DNA of 64,000 bases from the NCBI GenBank assembly GCA_963817865.1, contig CAWFQO010000015.1, positions 6,385-70,384 on the forward strand, written 5' to 3'. This stretch comes from an uncultured Solirubrobacterales bacterium. Its GTDB lineage: Bacteria; Actinomycetota; Thermoleophilia; Solirubrobacterales; Solirubrobacteraceae. The notes beneath the pieces were generated by a model. It made no database searches. It had not been told where the DNA came from and saw nothing but the letters and a program-made list of their open reading frames with translations. Below, in pieces: positions 28,618 to 36,846 of this stretch (position 1 is the first letter of the stretch; every line of letters starts with the position of its first letter). The translations under genes were made by a program, and so were the position numbers.

Positions 28618-29410
28618 GCGCGGGCGGGCGGGCGGCCGCGAGCCGGCGGCGGGCACGGCCGCCGCCCAGCTCGAGCGCGATCAGGGCGAGGGCGATCGGG
28701 ACGGTGGCCGGGAGCTCGGTGATGGCGAAGAAGAGCAGGTCGAAGGCGAGCGCGAACGCGGCGGTCAGCCCGGCGGCGCGGAGCTGGCCGCGGCGGTCGC
28801 CGGCGTAGAGGGCGCCGAGGGCGGCGGCGATGAACAGGTCGCCGTAGCCCATCGCGGCCGAGCCGAAGACGACGCTCTGGAGCTGGGGCAGGCCGGCGCC
28901 GGGGGCGGCGGCGCCGAGCACGCGGTTCGGGGCCTGGAGGAGGTCGGCGGCGACGAGGGCGGCGTCGACCACGGCCATGGCCACGATCCCGACCTTCAGC
29001 CACCGGGCCGGAGCGACGCCGGCCAGGAGCCCGCCGAGGGTGACGCAGCTGAGCGCCGAGAGGGCGAGGGCGGCCGCCTCCCCGGCGAGCGACCGGCGGG
29101 CCGCCCAGGCGAGGAGGAACAGGGCGACGACGCCCGGGACGAGCCGGGCGCGACCGCCGCGGGCGGCCCGGCCGGCGGCGAGCGCGGCGAGCGCCGGGAC
29201 GCCGACCAGGGCCACGTAGGTCAGGGCCTGGGCGGTCGCCGCGGTCGCGGCGACCCCGGCGACGACGGCGGCGACCGAGGCCGCGGGGATCAGCGCCCAC
29301 CAGCGGTTGCGCAGGCGCTCGAGGACGGGGAAGGGTCGGGGCGCGGGCAGGAGGACGAGGCCGCCCTGGACGAGCGAGAGGCAGGCGATCGACACCCAGA
29401 AGGGCGGCAC
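28568..29410 (-). CDS. polytopic membrane protein with a GxGD motif
   Basis: Ala/Leu/Val-rich sequence with about 7-8 predicted TM segments. Carries AVVDAAL, AAMGYGDLFIAA and ELPATVPIAL. See findings. Confidence 0.55.
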   Translation of the reverse strand: MPPFWVSIACLSLVQGGLVLLPAPRPFPVLERLRNRWWALIPAASVAAVVAGVAATAATAQALTYVALVGVPALAALAAGRAARGGRARLVPGVVALFLLAWAARRSLAGEAAALALSALSCVTLGGLLAGVAPARWLKVGIVAMAVVDAALVAADLLQAPNRVLGAAAPGAGLPQLQSVVFGSAAMGYGDLFIAAALGALYAGDRRGQLRAAGLTAAFALAFDLLFFAITELPATVPIALALIALELGGGRARRRLAAARPPALSAAGEPGREARAPAA

Positions 29411-29425
29411 CCGGGACGCGAACGG

Positions 29426-30355
29426 CTACGAAACGGCGGCGCGGTCCCGGGCGGCGAGCCGTCCGGCTTCGACCGGGTCGCCGGACACGCGCCAGAGGGC
29501 GTCGTCGCCGAGCGCGGTACGGGTGATCGTCCCGGCGCAGACGAGCTCGACCAGGGCCTGCTCGGCGGCCGAGCGGTCGGGATCGGTGAGCGGCGGCGCC
29601 ATCACGGCGGCCACCTCCTGGGTGGTCAGGCCGCCGGGGAAGCGCTCGAGCACGGGCAGGGGGTCGGCGGGGGGCGGGGTCCGCTCGAGCGTCGGGTCGA
29701 GGTTCGCGAGGATCACGTCGTAGGCCTCGAGCGTCTGGAAGCCGCCGGCCTCGAGGCGCCGGCCGTCGGGGCGCTCGAAGATCAGCGACGGGGCGGTGTA
29801 GCGGACCGCCCCGTCGGTCGCGGCCGCCTTGCCCTGGAACTCGGTCGGGCTCCCGGCGGCGGTCCGGGCCTCGGCCCGGTCGCGCTCGTAGGCGGCGGTG
29901 ACCTCCGGCGAGTCGAGGGCGTCGACGATCGCGTCCGCGTCGAGCCCCTCGACCGGGCGCAGCGTCCGCCGGAGGTCGTCGTCGTCGTCGAAGACGACCG
30001 AGTCGGTGAAGTTGCCGAACTGGAGCGCCCGGAAGACGTCGTGCTCGAGCGCGGGCGTCCGCAGCCGGGTGGCCACGATCGCCCGGCAGGCCCGGCCGGT
30101 CGCTGAGATCCGCGGCCGGGGCACGGTCGAGAAGGGCATGCCGAAGCGGTCGCGGAACATGATGTAGCCGTGGAGCTGGCGGAGCGGGGTGTACCCGCGG
30201 TCGACGTACTGGCGGGCGTCCTCGGCCAGCCCGATCGTCACGAGGCGCCAGTCGAGCTGGTCGCCGTAGCGCCAGCCGAGGGCGGCGAGCGCGGGGCTCG
30301 CCGAGTAGGCCCAGGGACAGCCCGGGTCGGTGAAGTGAGTGGTCTCGATGGCCAT
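29426..30355 (-). CDS. DsbA-like thioredoxin-fold protein with C-terminal extension
   Basis: N-terminal FTDPGCPWAY lies in the position of the DsbA/FrnE CxxC motif, but here it is CPWA with a single Cys. Confidence 0.5.
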   Translation of the reverse strand: MAIETTHFTDPGCPWAYSASPALAALGWRYGDQLDWRLVTIGLAEDARQYVDRGYTPLRQLHGYIMFRDRFGMPFSTVPRPRISATGRACRAIVATRLRTPALEHDVFRALQFGNFTDSVVFDDDDDLRRTLRPVEGLDADAIVDALDSPEVTAAYERDRAEARTAAGSPTEFQGKAAATDGAVRYTAPSLIFERPDGRRLEAGGFQTLEAYDVILANLDPTLERTPPPADPLPVLERFPGGLTTQEVAAVMAPPLTDPDRSAAEQALVELVCAGTITRTALGDDALWRVSGDPVEAGRLAARDRAAVS

Positions 30356-30414
30356 GGGCTGAGGGTAGCGGGTGGGGTCGGTCCGCCCGGCGGCTTTGCG
30401 TCTAAGTTGTAGGT

Positions 30415-30960
30415 GTGGACTCGCTCCGCGGCAAGCTCCTGATCGCCTCGCCGACGCTCATGGACCCGAACTTCAGGCGCACGGTCGTGCTGATCGCCGC
30501 CCACGACGAGGACGGCGCCCTCGGGCTGGTCCTCAACCGCCCGTCGGACCTCCTCGTGGCCGACGCGGTCGAGCGGCTCGGGCCGGTGTGCACCGAGCAC
30601 GAGCGGGTGTTCGTGGGCGGCCCGGTCGAGCCGGGGGCGGTGATGGTCCTGGCCGAGTTCGCCGACCCGACCCTGGCCGCGCTCCTGATCGACGGGGATC
30701 TCGGCCTCCCGACCATCGAGGCGAGCGCCGAGGCGCTCGGCGACGGGGTCCGGCGGGCCCGCTGCTTCGCCGGGCACTCCGGCTGGAGCCCGGGCCAGCT
30801 CGACGCCGAGCTGGCGGAGGAGGCGTGGATCGTCGAGGACCTCGAGCCCGAGGATGCGTGGTCGGAGGCCGGGGCCGAGCTCTGGAGCCGGGTGCTCGAG
30901 CGCAAGGGCGGCGAATACGCCCTCGTCGCGCGGATGCCGGTCGATCCGTCGGTGAACTGA
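30415..30960 (+). CDS. YqgE/AlgH family protein (UPF0301)
   Basis: GKLLIASPTLMDPNFRRTVVLIAAHDEDGALGLVLNRP...VFVGGPV...AGHSGWSPGQLDAEL. Confidence 0.85.
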   Translation: MDSLRGKLLIASPTLMDPNFRRTVVLIAAHDEDGALGLVLNRPSDLLVADAVERLGPVCTEHERVFVGGPVEPGAVMVLAEFADPTLAALLIDGDLGLPTIEASAEALGDGVRRARCFAGHSGWSPGQLDAELAEEAWIVEDLEPEDAWSEAGAELWSRVLERKGGEYALVARMPVDPSVN

Positions 30961-30978
30961 CCTTCCGCGGCCGGCGGG

Positions 30979-31530
30979 CTACTCGGCGAGGAGCTCCTCG
31001 ACCGTGGTCAGGGTCAGGTCGGCCGCCCGGGGGATCGCCGCCTTGATCGCCTCGCTGAGCACCATGTCCATCTCGTCGACGTGCTCGACGACGAGCTCGG
31101 GCTCGCAGGCGAGGACGATGACTCGGCCGGGAAGGGAGCCGCTCACCTGCTTGACGAAGCGCAGGACGGCGGTCGGGTTCATCCCGTGGAGGTCGAGCGT
31201 CGCGCCGGCGGCGATCTGCCGGTCGATCTCCGCCTCGTCGGGCTCGATCGTGTAGAGGGTCCCCGGGGGATGGCCCTGACGGCTGATGTCGATCAGGATC
31301 AGGGCGTCGTAGCCGGCCATGACCTCGTAGGCGAGGTTGAGGCCGCCGGTGCCGAAGTCGATCACGGTGACGCCCTTGGGCAGCTCCCGCTCGAGCAGGA
31401 CCTTGGCCACGGCGGGGCCGAAGCCGTCGTCCTGGAGCCACTGGTTGCCGACCGCGGCGACGAGGATCCGCTTCTCGGCGGGCGGGGCCGGCGGACCGGG
31501 GTCGGCCGCGACGGGGGTGAACTCGGTCAT
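30979..31530 (-). CDS. hydrogenase maturation protease family protein (HybD/HycI-like)
   Basis: ILVAAVGNQWLQDDGFG, VIDFGTGG, ALILIDI and LDLHGM correspond to the GVGNxxxxDDGxG, DxGTxG, Asp and His metal-ligand motifs. The ATG overlaps the pxpC stop. Confidence 0.75.
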   Translation of the reverse strand: MTEFTPVAADPGPPAPPAEKRILVAAVGNQWLQDDGFGPAVAKVLLERELPKGVTVIDFGTGGLNLAYEVMAGYDALILIDISRQGHPPGTLYTIEPDEAEIDRQIAAGATLDLHGMNPTAVLRFVKQVSGSLPGRVIVLACEPELVVEHVDEMDMVLSEAIKAAIPRAADLTLTTVEELLAE

Positions 31531-32426
31531 GGAACCTCCACTGGTGGGCGGACACGAAGAGTAGGGGGACCGGGCGGCGAGGCCTCGCGGAAGCGGACCG
31601 CTTGCCCGGGTCGGAGCTGACCGGCGGTGGGGAGGTCGTCGCGGGAGACGACGGCGATCACCGGGTAGCCGCCGGTGGTCGGGTGGTCGGCGAGGAGGAG
31701 GATCGGGGCTCCGGACGGGGGCACCTGGAGGGCGCCGAGGACCATCCCCTCGGACTTGAGCTCGCCGGGTCGCCGGCGGTCGAGGGTGGGGCCGTCGAGC
31801 CGCAGACCGACCCGGTTGGAGGCGTCGGTGACCGTGTAGGGGGACCGGGTGAGCCGGCGCCGAGCCTCGTCGGTGAACCAGTCGGCGCGAGGGCCGAATA
31901 CGAGGCGGAGGGTCGGCTCGGCGGCGAGCGCCGGGGTCGGGGCGACGTCGACGGCGGGGAGCTCCCGGGGGGCGGGGCCGACGGCGATCCGCAGGCCGGC
32001 CCGGAGCGGCCGGGGACCGAGGCCGGTGAGCAGGTCGGTCGAGGCGCTGCCGAGGGTCAGCTCGGGGGCGAGACCGCCGCGAACGGCGATGTAGGTGCGC
32101 AGCCCGGCGGTCGCGCCGCCGACCTCGAGGACGTCGCCGGCGCGGAGATAGATCGGCGCGTTCATCGCGACGGGCCGGCCGCCGGCGCTGGCGTCGACCG
32201 GGGCGCCGGTCAGGGCGACGACGGCGTCGGCGTGGACGCGGAGCCGGGGGCCGACGAGCGTCGTCTCGAGCGCCGGGGCGTCCTCGGGGTTGGCCAGGAG
32301 GCGGTTGGCCAGGCGGAGGGCCCGGGGGTCGGCGGCCCCGGAGTGGGGCACGCCGATGTGGGCCCAGCCGGGACGACCGAGGTCCTGGATCGTGGTGAGC
32401 GAGCCGGGGTCGAGGATCTCGATCAC
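31527..32426 (-). CDS. pxpC: 5-oxoprolinase subunit C (KipA/allophanate hydrolase subunit 2 family)
   Basis: MIEILDPGSLTTIQDLGRPGWAHIGVPHSGAAD...GGYPVIAVV. Confidence 0.85.
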   Translation of the reverse strand: MIEILDPGSLTTIQDLGRPGWAHIGVPHSGAADPRALRLANRLLANPEDAPALETTLVGPRLRVHADAVVALTGAPVDASAGGRPVAMNAPIYLRAGDVLEVGGATAGLRTYIAVRGGLAPELTLGSASTDLLTGLGPRPLRAGLRIAVGPAPRELPAVDVAPTPALAAEPTLRLVFGPRADWFTDEARRRLTRSPYTVTDASNRVGLRLDGPTLDRRRPGELKSEGMVLGALQVPPSGAPILLLADHPTTGGYPVIAVVSRDDLPTAGQLRPGQAVRFREASPPGPPTLRVRPPVEVP

Positions 32427-33046
32427 CGGGGCTCGAAGACGACGCGCATCCCGGCCGCGAGGAGGGCCGGGGGGTCGCGGTCGGGATCGAAGAGGACGGT
32501 GTCGGTGTGGCCGAGGAGGTGCCAGCCGCCGGGGGCGCGGGTCGGGTAGACGGCGGTGTAGGTGCTGGCGATCGCCACCGAGCCGGCCGGGACCTGCGGT
32601 CGGGGATCGTCCCGCCGGGGCAGCTCGAGCGTCGGGCTCCCGCCGGTCAGGTAGGCGAACCCGGGCGCGAAGCCCATGAACGCGACGAGGTAGTCGGGCC
32701 GGCTGTGGAGCTCGATCACCCGGTCGACGTCGAGGCCGGCGGTCGTGGCGACGGTCTCGAGGTCGGGGCCGTCGTAGCGGACCGGGATGGTGATGGTCGG
32801 GAGCGGTTGGTCGCCGGCCGGGGCGAGGTCGAGCTGGCGCAGGGCGTGGACGAGCTCGGCCGGGGCGGGGGGCCGGTCGCGCCAGCAGAGGAGGAGCGTC
32901 TCCTCTCCGGGGACGACCTCCTCGACCTCGGCGCCGTAGTGGTCGCGGGCGGCGGCGGCGAGGAGGTGGACGCGATGGTTGTCGCCGACCTCGACGAGGA
33001 AGGCGTGGTCGCCGACCGGGCGGACGGCGAGCTCGGGGGTGGTCAC
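32423..33046 (-). CDS. pxpB: 5-oxoprolinase subunit B (KipI family)
   Basis: 207 aa, with VRPVGDHAFLVEV...VPGEETLLL...GFAPGFAYL. Confidence 0.85.
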   Translation of the reverse strand: MTTPELAVRPVGDHAFLVEVGDNHRVHLLAAAARDHYGAEVEEVVPGEETLLLCWRDRPPAPAELVHALRQLDLAPAGDQPLPTITIPVRYDGPDLETVATTAGLDVDRVIELHSRPDYLVAFMGFAPGFAYLTGGSPTLELPRRDDPRPQVPAGSVAIASTYTAVYPTRAPGGWHLLGHTDTVLFDPDRDPPALLAAGMRVVFEPR

Positions 33047-33798
33047 ACGAACGGCCGGATCTCGACGCCGGCCCGCTCGAGGCGCTCGCGCAGGGCGCGG
33101 GCGAGATCGGCCGCGCCGGGGGTGTCGCTGTGGAGGCAGAGCGAGTCGACCTCGAGGGTCAGGCGCTGGCCGTCGGCGGCTTGGGCGGAGTGGGAGCGGG
33201 CGATCTGCTCGGCCTGGTCGAGGGCGGCCGGGGCGCCGAGGACGCTCCCGGGCTGGCCGCGGGGCATGAGCCGGCCGTCGGCGAGGTAGGCACGGTCGGC
33301 GAACCCCTCGGCGGCCCCGGCGAGACCGTGGGCGGCGGCGGCGGCGAGGAGCTCGGAGCCGGGGGGTCCGAGGACGGCGAGGGGCGGGTCGAGGGCGGCG
33401 GCGGCGGCGGCGACCGCGTCGGCGGCCGGACGGTCGGCGGCGCAGCGGGCATAGAGCGCGCCATGGGGCTTGACGTAGGCGAGGCGCCCGCCGATCGCGC
33501 CGGCGCAGGCGGCGAGGGCTCCGAGCTGGTAGAGGGTCTCGTCGCGGAGGCGGTCGGGGGGGACGTCGAGGTGGCGCCGGCCGAAGCCGGGGCGGTCGTC
33601 GTAGCCGACGTGGGCGCCGATGCGCACGCCCCGGGCGACCGCGGCCTCGCAGACGGCGCGCATCGTCTGGGCGTCGCCGGCGTGGAAGCCGCAGGCGACG
33701 TTGGCGCTGGTCACGGCGTCGAGGATCGCGGCGTCGTCGTCGAGCGACCTGGGGCCGGTGCGCTCGCCGACGTCGGCGTTCAGGTCGATCACGGGCAT
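33043..33798 (-). CDS. pxpA: 5-oxoprolinase subunit A (LamB/YcsF family)
   Basis: MPVIDLNADVGE...ANVACGFHAGD...IGAHVGYDD...VKPHGALY. Confidence 0.9.
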   Translation of the reverse strand: MPVIDLNADVGERTGPRSLDDDAAILDAVTSANVACGFHAGDAQTMRAVCEAAVARGVRIGAHVGYDDRPGFGRRHLDVPPDRLRDETLYQLGALAACAGAIGGRLAYVKPHGALYARCAADRPAADAVAAAAAALDPPLAVLGPPGSELLAAAAAHGLAGAAEGFADRAYLADGRLMPRGQPGSVLGAPAALDQAEQIARSHSAQAADGQRLTLEVDSLCLHSDTPGAADLARALRERLERAGVEIRPFV

Positions 33799-33877
33799 GG
33801 GCGCCCGCGGCGGGCGGTGGTGGTCGCGGACGCTGGTCGCCGGGTCCGCCGGGGCGGGCGGTCGGACCGGGGTCCGG

Positions 33878-34618
33878 TCAGGGGCCCACCCAGCACTCGA
33901 TGCAGTCCTCGCACGACCGGGGCCAGTTCTCGAGCGACCAGAGCGAGCCGATCGGCGTGAGCTCGTGGAAGCCGGCGTGCCCGCAGTAGTAGCAGCGGAG
34001 GAGGTCGTCGGGGAGGCCGGCGCCGGTGTGGGTGGTGAGGAGCTCGTTGAGCGAGCGGGGGACCTCGCGCTCGGCGATGTAGCGGTAGTCGTAGTCGTCG
34101 TACTCGCGCGGCGGCCCGATCGGCGTCTCGCCGAGCTTCCAGTCGGGGGGCTCGGCGTTCGGGTGGGTGAGGTCGAGGAGGCGGCCGTTGACGTCGATGC
34201 CGATGCCGGCGAGCTGGACGGAGGTCGGGCTGTCGGGGTCGTTGCCGGTGCCGACGCTGGCCACCCTCCAGCCGACCGGCCCGCGGGGGACGATCGTCTC
34301 GGTCGTGCCGGAGCCGATCAGGCGGGAGCGACGCTTGAGCAGGGGCTGGCCGAGGTGGGTGGCGCCGGGGTTGCCGGCGGCGTTGATGCGCGGGGTGAAC
34401 ACGGCGACGATCCGGTTGATCTGGTCGACCAGGCGGCGGTAGAGGCCCTCCTCGTGGGCGAGGCGGTGCTGGCGCTCGATCTCGCGGCAGCCGCTCCGGC
34501 AGACGGATTCGCCACCCTGCATGACCGAGTGCTCGCGACAGAGATAGCTGCCGCAGTCGGCGCAGCGTCCGATCGCGTAGATGCCGCAGTGGCAGGTGAA
34601 GGAGGCGATCTCGGTGAT
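33878..34618 (-). CDS. Cys-rich hypothetical protein; N-terminus uncertain (no canonical start for the Cys-cluster region)
   Basis: ORF track starts at ATG 34522. The frame is open and coding-like (hand count 31/35 G/C at third positions) back to a TAG at 34628..34630, and encodes ITEIASFTCHCGIYAIGRCADCGSYLCREHSV. The C-terminus carries CYYCGH...CEDCIEC. Confidence 0.5.
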   Translation of the reverse strand: MTEIASFTCHCGIYAIGRCADCGSYLCREHSVMQGGESVCRSGCREIERQHRLAHEEGLYRRLVDQINRIVAVFTPRINAAGNPGATHLGQPLLKRRSRLIGSGTTETIVPRGPVGWRVASVGTGNDPDSPTSVQLAGIGIDVNGRLLDLTHPNAEPPDWKLGETPIGPPREYDDYDYRYIAEREVPRSLNELLTTHTGAGLPDDLLRCYYCGHAGFHELTPIGSLWSLENWPRSCEDCIECWVGP

Positions 34619-34686
34619 CGACCGATCCTACCTCGCCGGGGGCGTCCCCGCCAGGGGCTTCGGGCCGTCCGACCGCGGCCGGGGGG

Positions 34687-35103
34687 TCAGCCGCCGGAGA
34701 ACGACCAGAAGGCGAGACCGGTGATGATCACCATGACGACTCCACCGACGATGCAGCCGATGATGAAGGCGCTGAGAACGGTCAGCGGGGTGCTGGCGAT
34801 GTCGATGACCCGGCGATCGGGGTCGGCCGGCCGGTCGAAGGTGCGGGTCGCCGCCGGCGGGGAGCGGACCGGGGCGCGACCGCCGGTGAGCTCGGGGTGC
34901 TCCTGGCTCCAGCGCTCGATCATGGCCCGCTGGGCGGCTCTGTCGACCGGTGCGGAGGGGGACGGGAGCGAGGCGGCGGACCGGGCCGGGGCGGGACGGG
35001 GGCGCTCGCGGGGGGCGGGGGCCGGCGACCCGTTGGAGAGCTCGGGATGCTCGGCCTTCCACTGCTCGATCAGATCCCTGGGTTCGGTGGTCCTGGTCGC
35101 CAT
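34687..35103 (-). CDS. tail-anchored membrane protein with an internal duplication
   Basis: LIEQWKAEHPELSNGSPAP and MIERWSQEHPELTGGRAP are repeats. There is a single C-terminal TM segment, LTVLSAFIIGCIVGGVVMVIITGLAFW. AAGGAG lies upstream of the ATG. Confidence 0.55.
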   Translation of the reverse strand: MATRTTEPRDLIEQWKAEHPELSNGSPAPAPRERPRPAPARSAASLPSPSAPVDRAAQRAMIERWSQEHPELTGGRAPVRSPPAATRTFDRPADPDRRVIDIASTPLTVLSAFIIGCIVGGVVMVIITGLAFWSFSGG

Positions 35104-35384
35104 GTCGTCTATGGCTCCTTGGTCGGGCTGGGGAGCGGTCGGGCCGAGCCGTTCATAGTGGAGGTAGGTTACCCGCCGGGTCCATCGTTGCCGTCAGGGT
35201 GCTCGATTCGGGGGTCGGCCAACCGCCTTCTCCAAAGATACGAAACCGGGCGGCGATCCGGCAAGAACCGCTCGGGCTGCTCGGAATGACCGGCGGGGAG
35301 CCTCAGAACTTCGGGAGGTCGCGTTGGGCTGGCAATTCGGCCCACCGGGACCGACGAACGCCCGATTTCCTGGTGCTTCTCGAG

Positions 35385-35455
35385 AGGCGACGATCGGAAT
35401 CGAACCGATGTACACGGCTTTGCAGGCCGTTGCGTAACCACTCCGCCACGTCGCC
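35385..35455 (-). tRNA. tRNA-Cys (GCA)
   Basis: GGCGACGTGGCGGAGTGGTTACGCAACGGCCTGCAAAGCCGTGTACATCGGTTCGATTCCGATCGTCGCCT folds as a cloverleaf with a 7-bp acceptor stem, anticodon loop CTGCAAA, T-loop TTCGATT and discriminator U. CCA is not encoded. Confidence 0.9.
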
Positions 35456-35514
35456 GCGCCGCGCCAAGCCTAGCGGCCGCGCCCCGACCGCCGTTGCTAG
35501 GCTTGCCTCTCCCA

Positions 35515-35587
35515 GGGCGATTAGCTCAGCTGGGAGAGCGCCGCCTCGACAAGGCGGAGGTCACTGGTTCGAGCCCAGTATCGCCCA
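35515..35587 (+). tRNA. tRNA-Val (GAC) with atypical anticodon loop TCGACAA
   Basis: GGGCGATTAGCTCAGCTGGGAGAGCGCCGCCTCGACAAGGCGGAGGTCACTGGTTCGAGCCCAGTATCGCCCA has perfect acceptor, anticodon (CCGCC/GGCGG) and T (ACTGG/CCAGT) stems and discriminator A. Position 33 reads C instead of the near-universal U. Confidence 0.85.
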
Positions 35588-35598
35588 TCATCAGAAAG

Positions 35599-35622
35599 CC
35601 CTGCAATCGCGGGGTTTCTTTT
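35599..35622 (+). terminator. intrinsic terminator after tRNA-Val
   Basis: CCCTGC-AATC-GCGGGG hairpin followed by TTTCTTTT. Confidence 0.6.
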
Positions 35623-35719
35623 GCCAGCTGCGCCGCCGGGTAGAGGGATATGGACGTTCTCGACCCCCGTTCGACCCTAAATCGGCTGTCCCGTCCGCCC
35701 CGGTGGGTACCTTGGATCC

Positions 35720-36106
35720 ATGCCTGAACGCTTCGACTGGCCCAACGCCGTCTTCAAGGACGACAACCTCTCAGTGGCTTTGTTGCGCGAGGAATCGCCC
35801 GAGTGGTGCCGCGCTCTTCATTTCTACCTCAGCGACGTGCTGGATCACCTAATAGGTGTTGGCGCTGACGCTGTCCGCGTCAACCCGACCAGCCGTACGC
35901 TCGTCCTGACCAACGTCATTGGCAACGCGCCGTCTCTCCCGCCGATTGTCGCGCAGTCCGCCGGTATGGCGGACGAGCACGAAGCGCGACAGGTTCGAGA
36001 AACGGCGCAGGCTTGGGAGGCCGTCGAGCGCTCGCAACGCGAGCAAGCAGAAGCGGACGAGCGGAGAACTCGCGAGATCCGCGAGGCTGCGAAAGTCAGG
36101 CAGTGA
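35720..36106 (+). CDS. hypothetical protein (128 aa)
   Basis: ORF with a charged C-terminal helix (EHEARQVRETAQAWEAVERSQREQAEADERRTREIREAAK). Its stop overlaps the next ATG (TGATG). Confidence 0.5.
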   Translation: MPERFDWPNAVFKDDNLSVALLREESPEWCRALHFYLSDVLDHLIGVGADAVRVNPTSRTLVLTNVIGNAPSLPPIVAQSAGMADEHEARQVRETAQAWEAVERSQREQAEADERRTREIREAAKVRQ

Positions 36107-36386
36107 TGCACGGCGTCTGCCTCGATGGTCCGCTCGCCCAAGAGTTCATCCCGGGCCTCCCGGACACGTTGACGAGTTGCCGCAGTTCTTGGAACTCCCG
36201 GCGTCAATCGACGATGACCCCGACGAGCCAGTAGAGCCGATCCCGCCGGGCGGCGAGTTCCCCGAGATGAAGTTCGAGTCCCATCTGTACCGCTACACGT
36301 CGATCACGGTCACGACCATCGGGAACGCTCCCCGCACGACGCGGATGATCGCGCGCTACAGGTACGTCCCGCCATCGGAGGTCTGA
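36106..36386 (+). CDS. hypothetical protein, apparent frame break near 36.15-36.17 kb
   Basis: MHGVCLDGPLAQEFIPGLPD (frame of ATG 36106, coupled to the upstream stop) continues in the -1 frame as VDELPQFLELPASIDDDPDEPVEPIPPGGEFPEMKFESHLYRYTSITVTT...PPSEV. Both parts have high third-position GC only in their own frame. Confidence 0.4.
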
Positions 36387-36391
36387 CAGCT

Positions 36392-36577
36392 GTGGCGACA
36401 CGCATCACGCTGGTTGGCGCCGCAGATCCAGTCCTGGTCCAGGAGGTCATGAGCGAGGTTCAGGCGGGGCTTGGCCGGGCCGAGCAAGGCGGGTTCTATC
36501 TCGCCACGCATAAGCCGTCTGGGCGATCGATCGCGATCCGAGCCCCCGCAGTCGCGGCGCTTCTACAGTTCGGTTAG
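36392..36577 (+). CDS. hypothetical protein (61 aa)
   Basis: GTG start with GGAGG 10 nt upstream. No family recognised. Confidence 0.45.
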   Translation: MATRITLVGAADPVLVQEVMSEVQAGLGRAEQGGFYLATHKPSGRSIAIRAPAVAALLQFG

Positions 36578-36846
36578 CGTCCCCGGTCGGCCAGACCGGG
36601 GGTCGGCCCCAACTCAGAGCGGCGCTCGACTAATAGACGCGTTGGCCAACTACATGCCCAAGGCCCAGGATCTCTTGGTCATCTTTCTTCTGAAGGTTCG
36701 GATCATTGAGGGCGACCTCCCAGCGGAGCTGAACCCCTACTACTCCCGTCTCGGTCGCGGCTCGTTTCTAACCTCCGATCGCCCCCGCGCGCGCCCGAGC
36801 AAACGACGCGAGACCACCTTTACCTCTTGCTAGAATCGTAAAGCGA

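Noticed and set aside
35104-35384. Possible ncRNA in the 280-bp gap next to tRNA-Cys.
   Set aside because: It has no recognisable conserved RNA motifs (SRP, 6S, RNase P, tmRNA). It most likely contains only the promoter and leader of the gene starting at 35103.
36640-36790. Minus-strand reading …VQLRWEVALNDPNLQKKDDQEILGLGHVVGQRVY*, reminiscent of a tyrosine-recombinase C-terminus (LGH…Y), which would suggest an integrase remnant for the tRNA-adjacent islet.
   Set aside because: It is only about 45 codons with no start and weak codon bias. The R..H..R..Y context is absent. This is too little to call.
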